A stretch of DNA of 64,000 bases from Acidimicrobiia bacterium. Its GTDB lineage: Bacteria; Actinomycetota; Acidimicrobiia; Spongiisociales; ZC4RG35. Location: assembly GCA_965215185.1 (NCBI GenBank), contig OZ244034.1:576001-640000 (forward strand). Direction: 5' to 3'. Under the pieces are notes generated by a model. That model worked only from the letters and a program-made list of their open reading frames with translations, was not told the DNA's origin and did not search any database. Position 1 is the first letter of the stretch, and each line of letters opens with the position of its first letter. This document shows, piece by piece, positions 1 to 11,067 of this stretch. A program made the position numbers and the translations under genes.

Positions 1-2
1 GT

Positions 3-1613
3 TGCCTGGCCATTCTCTACCCGGGTCCGTACGCCGAAATCGACGACAAGCTGCTGGTACTGGCGCCTGAAAGGCAACTGGTCATCGACAAGATGATGGA
101 AGAAGTCTCGGGCATACTCAAAGATGCGGGAATCTCTGCCGAAGTGAGCGGACGGCCCAAGCATCACTACTCCATATACCGAAAGATGATGGAGACCGGG
201 AAGCAATTCGAAGAGATCTACGATCTGATTGGGATAAGGGTGGTGGTTCCCCGGATCCGGGATTGCTATGCCACCCTGGGTGATATTCACTCCCATTGGT
301 CGCCGTTAAGCGGCAGATTCAAAGACTTCATCGCCATGCCCAAGATCAATCTTTACCAAAGTCTGCACACCACGGTGGTGGGGACCGACGGCAAAGCGAT
401 CGAGATTCAGATCCGAACTGCGGAGATGCACCAATTGGCGGAGCGGGGTATTGCCGCCCACTGGCGCTACAAGGAGGGACCCGCAGCGGCCGACCTGCAA
501 TGGGTAGGGGATTTGGGGGGATTGAGGGATGAGTTCGAGGATCCCCGCGAATTCCTGGATCACCTGAAGCTGGACCTCTATCGGGATGAGGTTTTTGTGA
601 TTACTCCCCGAGGAGAGGTGAAGGCTTTTCCCTCTGGGGCCACTCCGGTGGACTTTGCCTATGCCATCCATACCGAAGTGGGTGACCGATGCGTGGGAGC
701 GCGGGTCAATGGGCGGCTCCTACCACTATCGACGCGGCTTTCCTCAGGTGACATAGTGGAGATCATCACCTCCCGGTCCCAGGGTGCTGGGCCCAGTAGG
801 GACTGGTTGAAGACGGTGCAGACTTCCCGGGCCCGCACCAAGATCAAGCAGTGGTTCTCCAAGGAGCGGCGCGCCCGGTCCATCGCTGACGGTCGGGAAG
901 CGCTTTGGTCGGAGCTTCGCAAAGCCCGATTGGGGCTCACTGCCGCCGCCCGTGACCGACTCTTGGCCTCCATCGCCGAGGACCTGGGCAGAACCGAGAT
1001 CGACCACCTCTTCCTGGCGGTTGGCGAGGGAGAGATCGCCCCCTCCACCGTGATTCAAAGGTTGGAAAGAGCCGTCAGGCCCAGCCTTCCGGAGGTGAAG
1101 GAAAAAGTGGGGCTGCTGTCTTCTACAGGAATACGCCACCGGCCCGACGCCGCTTCGTCGGGGGTATTGGTGGAGGGAATGAGCGACACAATGGTGACAC
1201 TGGCCAAATGCTGCTCTCCGGTTCCCTCCGACACGATTGTCGGGTACGTGACGACTGGCCGGGGCGTCTCCGTACACAGAACCGAATGCACCAACTTGGC
1301 CGATCGCTTCCCGCAGATGGAACGGATGGTGGAAGTGGCCTGGTCTCCCGACCGCATGAGCGTCTTTACCGTCTGGGTGCAGGTGGAAGCCTTGGACCGC
1401 ACCCGTCTGCTGCGAGACGTCACCGCGGCCATTTCTGAGATCGGAGGCAACATCATTGCGGCTGCGTCGGCGGTCGGGGACGACCTGGTGGCTGTCTTCC
1501 AGTATGAGGTGGAACTCTCCGATGCCGGGCAGTTGAGTCGGCTGCTATCGGATCTCAAGGGAGTGGACGGGGTGTTCAAAGCGTTCAGAGTCTCCTCCGA
1601 CCTCCCGGACTGA
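3..1613 (+). CDS. rel: RelA/SpoT (p)ppGpp synthetase/hydrolase, 5'-partial
   Basis: Frame is open from the window edge. Synthetase motifs GRPKHHYSIYRKM, YQSLHT and EIQIRT; TGS domain (ATPVDFAYAIHT); CC zinc region (AKCCSP); C-terminal ACT domain. Confidence 0.96.
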   Translation, partial: CLAILYPGPYAEIDDKLLVLAPERQLVIDKMMEEVSGILKDAGISAEVSGRPKHHYSIYRKMMETGKQFEEIYDLIGIRVVVPRIRDCYATLGDIHSHWSPLSGRFKDFIAMPKINLYQSLHTTVVGTDGKAIEIQIRTAEMHQLAERGIAAHWRYKEGPAAADLQWVGDLGGLRDEFEDPREFLDHLKLDLYRDEVFVITPRGEVKAFPSGATPVDFAYAIHTEVGDRCVGARVNGRLLPLSTRLSSGDIVEIITSRSQGAGPSRDWLKTVQTSRARTKIKQWFSKERRARSIADGREALWSELRKARLGLTAAARDRLLASIAEDLGRTEIDHLFLAVGEGEIAPSTVIQRLERAVRPSLPEVKEKVGLLSSTGIRHRPDAASSGVLVEGMSDTMVTLAKCCSPVPSDTIVGYVTTGRGVSVHRTECTNLADRFPQMERMVEVAWSPDRMSVFTVWVQVEALDRTRLLRDVTAAISEIGGNIIAAASAVGDDLVAVFQYEVELSDAGQLSRLLSDLKGVDGVFKAFRVSSDLPD

Positions 1614-1624
1614 ACGGAAATCCC

Positions 1625-2272
1625 ATGCTGGTCGATAGCGTTCCTCTATGGCTTGCGCAGACCAACTGCTATGTGGTGGCGCCGGAACCAGGTGGCCCGT
1701 GCGTGGTGGTGGACGCCCCTCCCGATCCCCAGGGAATTGCGGATTTATGCGCCAGTCATGATCTGGCGCCGGTGGCCCTATTGGTCACCCACGGTCATGT
1801 GGATCACATTGGAGGGGCGGGGGGGACGGAGGACATGTTGGGGGTGGTTACCTATGTTCACCCCGACGACGATTTCCTGTCATTACATCCCCACCGGCAG
1901 CTCCTTGGCCTGATGGGGGCCATACCGCCTGGCGATTACCGGCCTCCCACCACTCGCCAGGATCTATCGGATGGTCAGGTCCTTCACTTGGCCGGGTTGG
2001 AGATATCGGTACTTCACACACCCGGCCACACTCCGGGACACTGTTGTTTTCATCTTCCCTCCGAAGGCATCCTTTTCTCCGGAGATCAGCTGTTCCGAGG
2101 CTCGATTGGGCGCACCGACTTGCCGGGTGGCGACTTCGACACTCTGATGGACAGCATGCGCCAGAAAATTCTGGGACTGCCGTTCGAGACAATGGTGCTT
2201 CCTGGTCACGGGGAAAGCACTACCCTCGGTCTGGAACGTAACCACAATCCCTTCCTGGTAACCCTGATTTAG
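1625..2272 (+). CDS. MBL-fold metallo-hydrolase (glyoxalase II-like)
   Basis: THGHVDH, HTPGHT, FSGD and PGHG motifs; usual position between rel and hisS in actinobacteria. Confidence 0.92.
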   Translation: MLVDSVPLWLAQTNCYVVAPEPGGPCVVVDAPPDPQGIADLCASHDLAPVALLVTHGHVDHIGGAGGTEDMLGVVTYVHPDDDFLSLHPHRQLLGLMGAIPPGDYRPPTTRQDLSDGQVLHLAGLEISVLHTPGHTPGHCCFHLPSEGILFSGDQLFRGSIGRTDLPGGDFDTLMDSMRQKILGLPFETMVLPGHGESTTLGLERNHNPFLVTLI

Positions 2273-2275
2273 ATA

Positions 2276-3502
2276 ATGGTGATCCGCTCTCCCAAGGGGA
2301 CCGATGTAACCGGTCCGCCCCAATCTGCCCGATGGCGCCAGGCGTTGGCCAAGTGGGAAACGCTTACGGCCTCTTACGGCTACGAGTTGGTTATCACTCC
2401 CGTATTCGAGTTCACCAATCTATTCGAAAGGGGGGTAGGGGACACCTCGGAGGTGGTCACCAAGCAGATGTACACGTTCTTGGACCGTCGAGGCCGATCT
2501 TTGAGCCTTCGCCCGGAAGGAACGGCTGGTGTGATGAGGGCGTACCTGGCTCAGGGAGGGACGGGACAGTGGAAGGTGGCCTACTCAGGACCCATGTTCC
2601 GCTACGAACAGCCGCAGGGTGGTCGGAAGCGACAGTTCTGGCAGGTGGGGGTGGAGTGCATCGGTTCGGCGTCACCCGCCGCTGATGTGGAGGTGATCGC
2701 CCTTGCCGTTTCATTTCTGGCGGAAGTGGGGGTCGAGACGCAGCTATTGATCAACAGCCTCGGTGATGTTTCGTGCCGCATGTCATATCTGATGGATCTA
2801 AAAGATGTGTTGAGCCAATCGACTTCGCAGCTTTGCACCAATCACGTCGGTGTGGTGGAAGTCAACCCGCTTCGCATCCTGGATTGTTCGACCTGCCGAC
2901 CCGATTCGGGGAACCTGCCGGATATAGCGGACTACTGGTGTGCCGAGTGCCGAGATCACTTCCGGCAAGTCCGCGACGGCTTGGACAGCTTGGGCGTTGA
3001 TTATCGGCGGTCGGCGCGGCTGGTACGAGGACTCGACTACTACTCGCGAACCACTTTCGAGTTCGTCTCCACCACGTTGGAGACCACCCAAACCACCCTG
3101 TTGGGAGGAGGCCGGTATGACGGGCTGGCCGAATTGTTGGGCGGAAAGCCCGCGCCCGGGGTGGGCTTCGCGGCAGGGATCGACCGGATTCTCCTGGCTC
3201 AAGCGTCGCGGGCGGACGCAGCTCTGGACGTGTACCTAGTGGCGGAGAGGCCGGTTACTCCCATCGATTTGATGGAGTGGGCGGCACCGCTTCGCGAAGA
3301 AGGACTGCGGGTGGGTTTTGACCTGGATCACCGCAGCGTTAAAGCCCAGTTCCGAGCCGCCACTCGCTCGCAGGCCAGGTACGTGGGAGTTGTGAGCGGG
3401 TTGCGGATGGAGATGCGAGAGGGACATGCCCGTGAGACTCTGTTCAAGCAGAACCTGGGAGACTGGGCAAGAAAGGCGGCGATCGAGGAGGGAAGATCGT
3501 GA
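2276..3502 (+). CDS. hisS: Histidine--tRNA ligase
   Basis: LRPEGTA, FRYEQPQ.GR.RQF.Q.G.E, RGLDYY and GGGRYDGL motifs. Confidence 0.96.
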   Translation: MVIRSPKGTDVTGPPQSARWRQALAKWETLTASYGYELVITPVFEFTNLFERGVGDTSEVVTKQMYTFLDRRGRSLSLRPEGTAGVMRAYLAQGGTGQWKVAYSGPMFRYEQPQGGRKRQFWQVGVECIGSASPAADVEVIALAVSFLAEVGVETQLLINSLGDVSCRMSYLMDLKDVLSQSTSQLCTNHVGVVEVNPLRILDCSTCRPDSGNLPDIADYWCAECRDHFRQVRDGLDSLGVDYRRSARLVRGLDYYSRTTFEFVSTTLETTQTTLLGGGRYDGLAELLGGKPAPGVGFAAGIDRILLAQASRADAALDVYLVAERPVTPIDLMEWAAPLREEGLRVGFDLDHRSVKAQFRAATRSQARYVGVVSGLRMEMREGHARETLFKQNLGDWARKAAIEEGRS

Positions 3503-5253
3503 GAAGTCACACCGCATCCCAAGTGGGGTTGCAGATGGTGGGTGAGATGGTCACCCTGGCAGGGTGGGTGGGCCGCAGACGCCACCATGGAGGAGTGGTG
3601 TTCGTGGATCTGCGGGACCACACCGGGGTAGTGCAGGTGGTGCTGCATCCGGAGCGGATCGGGGAGTCTGACCAGTTGCGTCGCGAGTTCTGTGTGCAGG
3701 TACGGGGAGTGACGCGTCGTCGTCCCGAGGGCTCGGAAAACCCGGCCATGGCCAGTGGAATGGTGGAAGTGGAAGCGCAAGAGTTGTGTGTCCTGAGCCG
3801 ATCCGAGGAGCCTCCCTTTCCCATAGAGGATCGCACCCACGCCGAGGAACTCTTGCGTTTGGAGTATCGCTATCTGGATTTGCGTCGTCCCAGTATGGCC
3901 AGGAATCTGCGATCCCGCTCGATTGCCCTTCGAACCGTGCGGCGCACCCTGGAGGACATGGGATTCTGGGAGGTGGAGACCCCCACCTTGATTCGGTCTA
4001 CTCCCGAAGGTGCCCGCGACCTGCTGGTCCCCAGCCGACACAATCCCGGCAGCTTCTACGCCCTGCCCCAGTCGCCCCAGCTCTACAAGCAGCTTCTGAT
4101 GGTGGCCGGGGTGAACCGGTACTACCAGATGTGCCGCTGCTATCGGGATGAGGACTTCCGGGCCGATCGGCAGTTGGAGTTCACCCAGATTGATCTGGAG
4201 GGCGCCTTCTGGGGCCAGGAGGATGTGCTGGCCACCGTGGAGGCAGTGGTAGAAGCGGTAACGGCGGTTCTACGCCCCGATCAGGTCGTTGCTGCGGCGC
4301 CGTTCCCTCGTCTCACCTACCGGGAGGCCATGGCCCGCTATGGCACCGACAAACCCGATCGGCGGTTTGGCATGGAGATCGTCGAATTGTCGCAGGTGTT
4401 CTCCCAAACCGGATTCCGGGCGTTCGCGAACACATTGGGGTCCGCAGGTGTGGTCCGTGGCATCAATGCCGGACAGATCAAGATGAGCCGAGCCCGGGCC
4501 GACGCGCTGATAGCCAAAGCCCGGCAGTGGGGAGCGGGAGGGCTGGTCTGGATGGTGGTGCAAGAGGATGCTCCACCCCGTTCACCGGTGGCCAAATTCC
4601 TGTCTGACGCCGAGTTGGCTGGGGTGGTGAAGCGTTTGGAGGGTCGACCGGGAGACGCTTTGCTGCTGGTGGCGGATACGGAGAAGACGGCGGCGGAAAC
4701 GTTGGGTCGTCTGCGTCTGGAACTGGGAGAACCCGACGACCCGAACCGACTTGAGTTTTTGTGGGTAGTGGATTTCCCCATGTTCGAGGAGAAGGAGGGT
4801 GAAATCACCTTTCTTCATCACCCCTTTACCTCTCCCATGGACGTGGAGATAATGGGGGAACGTCCTTTGGAGTCGGTAGCCAAGGCTTACGACTTGGTGT
4901 TGAACGGGGTGGAACTGGGCTCGGGGAGTGTCCGGATTCACGATTCGCAAGTTCAGCGTCGTGTGTTTGAGATTTTGGGAATCTCCCCATCCGAGGCCGA
5001 GGAGCGGTTTGGCTGGTTCATCCGCGCTCTCGGTTATGGAGCTCCTCCCCACGCCGGGTTTGCGGTGGGATTCGACCGGCTGGTGGCGGTGCTGTGCGGG
5101 GTCTCGAGTATTCGAGAGATCATCCCCTTCCCCAAGACCCAGAGCGGCGCCGAGCCCCTCAGTCGTAGCCCGGCTGTGGTGGACCGGGGCCAACTGGCGG
5201 AGTTGGGCATTCAGGTCGATCCACGCCGGACCAAAGCTGCGCCGTCGGAATAA
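3499..5253 (+). CDS. aspS: Aspartate--tRNA ligase, probably the non-discriminating type
   Basis: MRSH start, YRYLDLRR, LPQSPQLYKQ, GAPPHAG. HGG and RPEG in the anticodon-binding domain match the non-discriminating signature. Confidence 0.96.
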   Translation: MRSHTASQVGLQMVGEMVTLAGWVGRRRHHGGVVFVDLRDHTGVVQVVLHPERIGESDQLRREFCVQVRGVTRRRPEGSENPAMASGMVEVEAQELCVLSRSEEPPFPIEDRTHAEELLRLEYRYLDLRRPSMARNLRSRSIALRTVRRTLEDMGFWEVETPTLIRSTPEGARDLLVPSRHNPGSFYALPQSPQLYKQLLMVAGVNRYYQMCRCYRDEDFRADRQLEFTQIDLEGAFWGQEDVLATVEAVVEAVTAVLRPDQVVAAAPFPRLTYREAMARYGTDKPDRRFGMEIVELSQVFSQTGFRAFANTLGSAGVVRGINAGQIKMSRARADALIAKARQWGAGGLVWMVVQEDAPPRSPVAKFLSDAELAGVVKRLEGRPGDALLLVADTEKTAAETLGRLRLELGEPDDPNRLEFLWVVDFPMFEEKEGEITFLHHPFTSPMDVEIMGERPLESVAKAYDLVLNGVELGSGSVRIHDSQVQRRVFEILGISPSEAEERFGWFIRALGYGAPPHAGFAVGFDRLVAVLCGVSSIREIIPFPKTQSGAEPLSRSPAVVDRGQLAELGIQVDPRRTKAAPSE

Positions 5254-5257
5254 CCAT

Positions 5258-6613
5258 ATGATCTACGGTGCCGATGATCTGTTCGCCGCCCGGCGTTCGC
5301 AGGTCATGGCAGGGGTGGCTCCGCTGGCAGAGCGAATGCGTCCCCAAGACCTGGATGAAGTGGTGGGCTTGCCCACCCTGCTGAGCCCCGGTGCGGCCTT
5401 TCGGGTGTTGGTGGAGTCGGGCAGACCGGTCTCCATGGTGTTGTGGGGCCCGCCGGGCAGTGGCAAGACCACCCTGGCCCGACTGGTGGCCACCTACTGC
5501 TCGGCCTCATTCGCCACGCTCAGCGCCACCGCCGCCGGGGTGAAGGAGGTGAGAGGCATCCTGGCCTCGGCCCTCCGGAGATTGGAGACCGACGGCCGGC
5601 GTACCGTGCTGTTCTTGGACGAGATCCACCGTTTTTCCAAGAATCAGCAGGACGCACTGCTGCCAGGAGTCGAGAACGGGACTCTGATTCTGATAGGGGC
5701 GACCACCGAAAACCCCTTCTTCGAGATCAACACTCCTTTGATGAGCCGCATGATTCTGTTCCGCACCCGCCATATCTCCGAGGAGGCCCTGGCCATCCTG
5801 GTGGATCGGGCGTTATCGGATGAGGGAAGGGGACTGGGGAGGGAAGAACTGCGCATCAGCGACGCCGCTCGTGAAGCTCTGGCTGGAAGGTCGGGGGGAG
5901 ATGCCCGGGGGCTGCTCAACGCCTTGGAAGTTGCTGCCTATCTGGCCAAGGGAAGGGGATCGGAGAGCATTGAGATCGCAGATGTCTCCGAGGCGCTTGG
6001 CCGACGCATCGTTCAATACGACAAAACAGGGGATCGTCACTACGACGTGATCTCGGCATTCATCAAAAGCGTGCGCGGTTCGGACCCTGACGCTGCTCTT
6101 TACTGGCTGTTTCTCATGCTGGAGGGTGGCGAGGATCCGGAGTTCATAGCGCGGCGACTGGTGATACTGGCGTCAGAGGACATTGGTCTGGCAGATCGCT
6201 GGGCCCTTCCCGTTGCGACGGCGGCGGCCCAGGCCCTCTCTTATGTGGGGATGCCCGAGGCTGCCCATCATCTGGCTCACGCCACTGTGTTCCTGGCTTC
6301 CGCCCCCAAATCCAACTCGGTCACCTCCGCTATGTCCCGAGCCAGGGAGGCAGTGCAGAAAGGACCCAGTCCTTCGGTACCACTCCATCTTCGTAGTAGC
6401 GGCTACCGGGGGGCGGATAGCATAGGACACGGAAAAGGATATGTCTACCCGCACGACCGCCCAGGGCATATCGTTTCACAGGCCTATTTCCCGCCGGAAG
6501 TGAGTCCCCAAGTGTTTTTCCGCCCCAGTTCCAGCGGTTTTGAAGCCGAGATCAGTCGCCGCCTTTCGGAGATAGACCAAGTATTGCGCAGGACAGGTCG
6601 CCAAGGGGAATGA
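5258..6613 (+). CDS. rarA: Replication-associated recombination protein A (MgsA/RarA AAA+ ATPase)
   Basis: PLAERMRP, Walker A GPPGSGKT, DEIHRF, ATTENP, KSVRGSD and SEDIG. The ATG at 5258 follows the aspS stop. Confidence 0.95.
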   Translation: MIYGADDLFAARRSQVMAGVAPLAERMRPQDLDEVVGLPTLLSPGAAFRVLVESGRPVSMVLWGPPGSGKTTLARLVATYCSASFATLSATAAGVKEVRGILASALRRLETDGRRTVLFLDEIHRFSKNQQDALLPGVENGTLILIGATTENPFFEINTPLMSRMILFRTRHISEEALAILVDRALSDEGRGLGREELRISDAAREALAGRSGGDARGLLNALEVAAYLAKGRGSESIEIADVSEALGRRIVQYDKTGDRHYDVISAFIKSVRGSDPDAALYWLFLMLEGGEDPEFIARRLVILASEDIGLADRWALPVATAAAQALSYVGMPEAAHHLAHATVFLASAPKSNSVTSAMSRAREAVQKGPSPSVPLHLRSSGYRGADSIGHGKGYVYPHDRPGHIVSQAYFPPEVSPQVFFRPSSSGFEAEISRRLSEIDQVLRRTGRQGE

Positions 6614-7392
6614 GCATGCTGGCTGTGGGGGTCGACATCGGTGGGTCGGGGATCAAGGGCAATGTGGTGGACACCTCCACGGGGCAACTGTTGTTCACAC
6701 GCCTTCGCATCCCAACTCCGCGCCCCGGTACCACCGCCGCCGTGGCCGAGGTGGTGAGAGAGATAGCCGACCATTATCGTGAAAAGTGCGGTGATGTATC
6801 CGTGCCGGTGGGATGCGGCTTTCCCGGTGTGGTCAAGTCGGGAATAGTGGGCAGCGCCACGCACCTGGACGATGCCTGGTTGGGCGCTGATGTGGTCACC
6901 ATCTTCTCTGAAGCCTTGGGCCATTGCGTGACGGTTATCAACGACGCCGACGCTGCCGGCGTTGCCGAGATCGCCTTCGGGTCGGCACGGGGCCACCGCG
7001 GGTCGGTACTGATCATCACTTTGGGAACCGGTGTCGGCAGTGGAATGTTCTGCGGCGGTCAGCTGGTTCCCAACTTCGAACTGGGCATGCTGGAGTTTGG
7101 GGGGCACCATCCCATTGAGGACCGGGTGGCTTATCGAATCTACAAACAAGAATCCATAAGCTGGGAGAAGTGGGCAAAGAGGCTGAATCGGTATTTGCGC
7201 CATGTCAGTTCGTTGTTTGCCCCGGACTTGATAGTTATCGGGGGAGGGGCGGTCAACAAGTGGTCAAGCTTCGGCCACTACTTGGACGTTCCGGTCGAAT
7301 TGAAGCCGGCCCGCTTCGGCAACCACGCCGGGATAATTGGCGCCGCCCTAGCTGCGGCCCAACCCTCGCTCTTAGGGCCACCAGCGCTATAG
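6610..7392 (+). CDS. ppgK: Polyphosphate glucokinase (ROK family)
   Basis: DIGGSGIKG, NDADAAG.AE, TLGTGVGS and PNFELG motifs. Confidence 0.88.
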   Translation: MSMLAVGVDIGGSGIKGNVVDTSTGQLLFTRLRIPTPRPGTTAAVAEVVREIADHYREKCGDVSVPVGCGFPGVVKSGIVGSATHLDDAWLGADVVTIFSEALGHCVTVINDADAAGVAEIAFGSARGHRGSVLIITLGTGVGSGMFCGGQLVPNFELGMLEFGGHHPIEDRVAYRIYKQESISWEKWAKRLNRYLRHVSSLFAPDLIVIGGGAVNKWSSFGHYLDVPVELKPARFGNHAGIIGAALAAAQPSLLGPPAL

Positions 7393-7400
7393 GGATCCTA

Positions 7401-8729
7401 TTAAGACTGAATGTCAGTCTTGGGGGTCGTGAAGGCCGAGAAGCGACTGATCTGATCGGGGGGAAGTCGAACGGTCATGTGCAGGCCGTCGGCCAGTTCG
7501 TCCGTGGAAATCACTTCACCGGTGCGATGAAGGGCCGCGATCACGTCTCCCCGCGCGTAAGGGACGAGCACGCCTATCGGGGTAGACCGAGAATTCAGCC
7601 AGGTGACGAGGGCGTTGATCAGGTCATTGGTTCCTTCTCCGCGCAGCGCCGATACTGCCACTGAGGTGTCGCTTCCTCCCATCAGGCGTTTGACCACTGC
7701 CTGCGGGGCCACATCGATCTTGTTGATCACGGTAATGGTGGATGCCGTATTGGCTCCGATTTCAGCCAAGACCTCGTGGACGGCCTCGATTTGCCCCTCC
7801 GGGTCGGGATCGGCCGCGTTGACCAGATGGAGTATCAGGTCGGCGTCCTTCACCTCCTCCAGGGTGGACTTGAAGGCTTCCACCAATCGGTGGGGGAGTC
7901 TCTTCACAAAACCCACTGTGTCGGCCAGGAGGATTTCCCGTCCTCCGGGCAGACTCAGGCGGCGGATGGTGGGGTCCAGGGTGGTGAATAGGCCGTCCTC
8001 GGTAAGTATCCCCGCTCCGGTGAGCTGATTGAGCAGGGTTGATTTACCGGCGTTGGTGTAGCCTACCAGGGCTGCGGCAGCAACCCCGGCGCGTTTGCGG
8101 GCGCGGCTGCGGGTCCGGTGGTGTTGCCGAAGGGCCGAGAGGTCCTTTTTGACGACCGTGATCCGTTCTTGGATTCGGCGCCGATCACTTTCCAGACGGG
8201 TCTCTCCCGGTCCCCGAGTTCCGATTCCTCCCGCCTGCTGAGAGAACCCCTCTCCCTGTACTCGCAGCCGAGGCAGTCGGTAGCGCAACAGGGCCAATTC
8301 CACTTGCAGTGACCCTTCCCGGGAGGTGGCGTGCTGAGCAAAAATGTCCAGTATCACCGCCTCGCGGTCGACCACATCACATTCGCACAACGCCTGCAGA
8401 TTCCGCTGTTGGGCGGGCGTGAGGGCATGGTCGAACACCACCACATCGATGTCCTTGCTCTTGGTGATTTCCACCAGTTCAGCGGCCTGGCCCTTACCGA
8501 TCAAAAGTCCAGCATTGAGAGTGGGTCGGCGGAACACTTCTTGTTCCACCGGATCAGACCCGGCAGTGTCGGTTAGGAGCGCCAACTCTCGTAGGGAATG
8601 TTCCACCTCGGTCAAGGAAGCCCGCCCGACCTGCACTCCCACCAGAAAGGCTCTCTGGCGGGGTACTCCCAGATCTTCGACGGTAGCTGTAAGCCGACGC
8701 CGCTCCCGTCCGAGATGTTGGTAGGTCAT
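7401..8729 (-). CDS. hflX: GTPase HflX
   Basis: GPGET, GYTNAGKST, DTVGF and NKID motifs. Confidence 0.96.
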   Translation of the reverse strand: MTYQHLGRERRRLTATVEDLGVPRQRAFLVGVQVGRASLTEVEHSLRELALLTDTAGSDPVEQEVFRRPTLNAGLLIGKGQAAELVEITKSKDIDVVVFDHALTPAQQRNLQALCECDVVDREAVILDIFAQHATSREGSLQVELALLRYRLPRLRVQGEGFSQQAGGIGTRGPGETRLESDRRRIQERITVVKKDLSALRQHHRTRSRARKRAGVAAAALVGYTNAGKSTLLNQLTGAGILTEDGLFTTLDPTIRRLSLPGGREILLADTVGFVKRLPHRLVEAFKSTLEEVKDADLILHLVNAADPDPEGQIEAVHEVLAEIGANTASTITVINKIDVAPQAVVKRLMGGSDTSVAVSALRGEGTNDLINALVTWLNSRSTPIGVLVPYARGDVIAALHRTGEVISTDELADGLHMTVRLPPDQISRFSAFTTPKTDIQS

Positions 8730-8753
8730 ATCAGCGCCCGACGGGCTGCGAGC

Positions 8754-9092
8754 TTACAGATACTGACCCTCGTCCAGAGGCTGTTCGGGTTCTTCTTCGG
8801 CGATGATCTGTGACTGGCGTACGGCCACCACCGGCTTGCCGGTGAGTGGCCACAAGAAACGCCATGCCCCGGTGGGCACGGCCCAGAAATGTCTTCCGGT
8901 GGTCACATCGATCAGAGAAAGCGCGTCATTCTGGCCGTTGCCACCCGTTGACACCAATAGTCCCGAACGGGTGGTGGACTCCTGGGGAACGTGCCCCACT
9001 CGCCACCCATTGGAGACGTTGTATTCGGTTGTTGCCTTCGGATTTGAACCCATGATCCTTAGTTTGGCGCGTTCGGCGTCCGTTGCAGCCAT
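8754..9092 (-). CDS. Hypothetical protein (112 aa)
   Basis: Fills the gap between moaA and hflX on the same strand; ATG lies 14 nt after the moaA stop. No family recognised. Confidence 0.6.
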   Translation of the reverse strand: MAATDAERAKLRIMGSNPKATTEYNVSNGWRVGHVPQESTTRSGLLVSTGGNGQNDALSLIDVTTGRHFWAVPTGAWRFLWPLTGKPVVAVRQSQIIAEEEPEQPLDEGQYL

Positions 9093-9106
9093 TTGGCAGT
9101 CAGCAC

Positions 9107-10132
9107 TTATCCCCCTATATAACTCATCTCGACTCTTTGTCCGATCCCTCTCGTTTCCCCCGAGCGGAGTTCGGAATACTGGTCCACCCGTTCTGACCAC
9201 ACTCCTGTGATCAACCTACGCAGTTGGCGGTCGGAAACTCCGGAACGGACTGCTTCCCTTAGGTCGGTGCCACCGATTGCGAACAGGCAGGTGTAGAGCT
9301 TACCGTCGGCCGAAAGCCTGGCCCGGGTGCAGGCACCGCAAAAAGGCTGGGTTACCGAGGCGATGACCCCCATCTCCCCTTGCCCGTCCACATAGCGCCA
9401 GCGGCGCGCCACCTCACCTCGATAATTGGGTTCCAGCGGCTCGATGGGGAAGACTTCGTGGACGCGGCGGACGATCTCGTGGGCGGGTGTCACCTCGTTC
9501 AGTCGCCACCCGTTGGTGACGCCCACATCCATGTATTCAATGAAGCGGAGGATGTGGCCGGTTCCCCGGAAGTGCCCCGCCATGTCCACTATGGAGTGAT
9601 CATTTACACCCCTCTTGACCACCATGTTGATTTTGATGGGTCGCATACCCGCCGCGGCTGCGGCCTCGATACCCGCCAGGACATCGGCTACCTTGGCGCC
9701 CACGTCGTTCATGGCCCCGAACACCTCGTCGGACAAGGAGTCGAGGCTCACAGTTACCCGATCGAGGCCCGCGTCCGCCAAAGCTTGAGCTTTTCGGGGT
9801 AGCAGGACACCGTTGGTGGTGAGGGTGAGATCGACCACTCCGGGAGTCTCCGAAAGCATGGCCACCAGCTTCTCCAGTCCGGCTCTCAACAGGGGCTCAC
9901 CGCCGGTTAGCCGTATCTTTCTGGCGCCCAGGGAGCTGAAAATGCCGGCGAGGCGAGTTATCTCTTCGAAGCTGAGCAGGGCCGAACGTTTCAAGAACTG
10001 GTAGTCGCGGTTGAAAATCTCCTTGGGCATGCAGTATGTGCATCGGAAGTTGCACCGATCAGTCACCGAAATACGCAGGTCTGCCAGCGTCCTGCCCAGG
10101 CGATCATATGGTTTCATCACTAAGTTGTCCAC
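9107..10132 (-). CDS. moaA: GTP 3',8-cyclase MoaA (radical SAM)
   Basis: [21 protein letters not shown] and C-terminal MSYIGG. The start could instead be the ATG at 10117. Confidence 0.96.
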   Translation of the reverse strand: MDNLVMKPYDRLGRTLADLRISVTDRCNFRCTYCMPKEIFNRDYQFLKRSALLSFEEITRLAGIFSSLGARKIRLTGGEPLLRAGLEKLVAMLSETPGVVDLTLTTNGVLLPRKAQALADAGLDRVTVSLDSLSDEVFGAMNDVGAKVADVLAGIEAAAAAGMRPIKINMVVKRGVNDHSIVDMAGHFRGTGHILRFIEYMDVGVTNGWRLNEVTPAHEIVRRVHEVFPIEPLEPNYRGEVARRWRYVDGQGEMGVIASVTQPFCGACTRARLSADGKLYTCLFAIGGTDLREAVRSGVSDRQLRRLITGVWSERVDQYSELRSGETRGIGQRVEMSYIGG

Positions 10133-10222
10133 TTCGCCAAGACCTTAGCAATGCGGAAAGGTCCTTGTTCCCTGATATTGTCCGCGCCAGACTTGAAAGT
10201 GACGCTAACGACGAGGAGAGCC

Positions 10223-10975
10223 ATGCGAAGCCACGAAATCGACTATCAGGTCTATGGAGAGGATCTGCAGTTTGTGGAGGTGTACCTCGATCCCGGCGAG
10301 TCGGTGATTGCGGAAGCCGGAGCCATGATCTTCATGGACGAAGAAGTCACATTCGAGGCCAAATTGGGCGACGGGTCCGAGCAGGAGAAAAAAGGTGGCT
10401 TTCTCCGAAAGGCGGCCACTGCCGCGGGAAGGGCGCTCAGCGGCGAGTCGCTGTTCATGACGCACTTTACGAATTCGGGGGGTGGCCGCACCAAGGTGGC
10501 TTTCGGAGCCTCGGTGCCGGGCAAAATAGTGCCCCTGGATTTGAGAGAGATAGGCGGTTCGGTGATTTGTCAGCGTGACGCATTCTTGTGTGCGGCCCTC
10601 GGAACGAGGGTCTCCATGCACTTCAACCGCAAATTCGGCAGCGGAGCTTTCGGCGGGGAGGGTTTCATTCTTCAAAAGCTGGAGGGAGACGGGATTGCCT
10701 TTGTCAACGCCGGGGGGATGGTGGTGGAGCGACGTTTGACGGGGGAGATGATTCGGGTGGACACCGGCTGTTTGGTGGGGTTCGAGGAAGGAATCGAATA
10801 CTCCATCGAGCGGGCGGGGGGACTCAAAAGCATGGCGTTCGGCGGTGAGGGCATCTTCCTGGCCACCCTCAGCGGAGTTGGTCGGGTTTGGCTTCAGTCG
10901 CTTCCGTTCTCCCGGCTGGCCGATCCCATCATCAGGAAAGCAGTAGCCGAAGCCTCAGCAGCAGCGAGAAATTAG
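10223..10975 (+). CDS. TIGR00266/AIM24 family protein
   Basis: [22 protein letters not shown] and QSLPFSRLA; GAGGAG RBS before the ATG at 10223. Confidence 0.9.
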   Translation: MRSHEIDYQVYGEDLQFVEVYLDPGESVIAEAGAMIFMDEEVTFEAKLGDGSEQEKKGGFLRKAATAAGRALSGESLFMTHFTNSGGGRTKVAFGASVPGKIVPLDLREIGGSVICQRDAFLCAALGTRVSMHFNRKFGSGAFGGEGFILQKLEGDGIAFVNAGGMVVERRLTGEMIRVDTGCLVGFEEGIEYSIERAGGLKSMAFGGEGIFLATLSGVGRVWLQSLPFSRLADPIIRKAVAEASAAARN

Positions 10976-11067
10976 TCTCAGCCAGCGGTTTGGGCGGTTT
11001 GGCAATCCCCGCCGGTCCGTTTCCTAGAGGTGATGGGCGGTGGGACCGCTTAGAAACCAGGGTGCTC

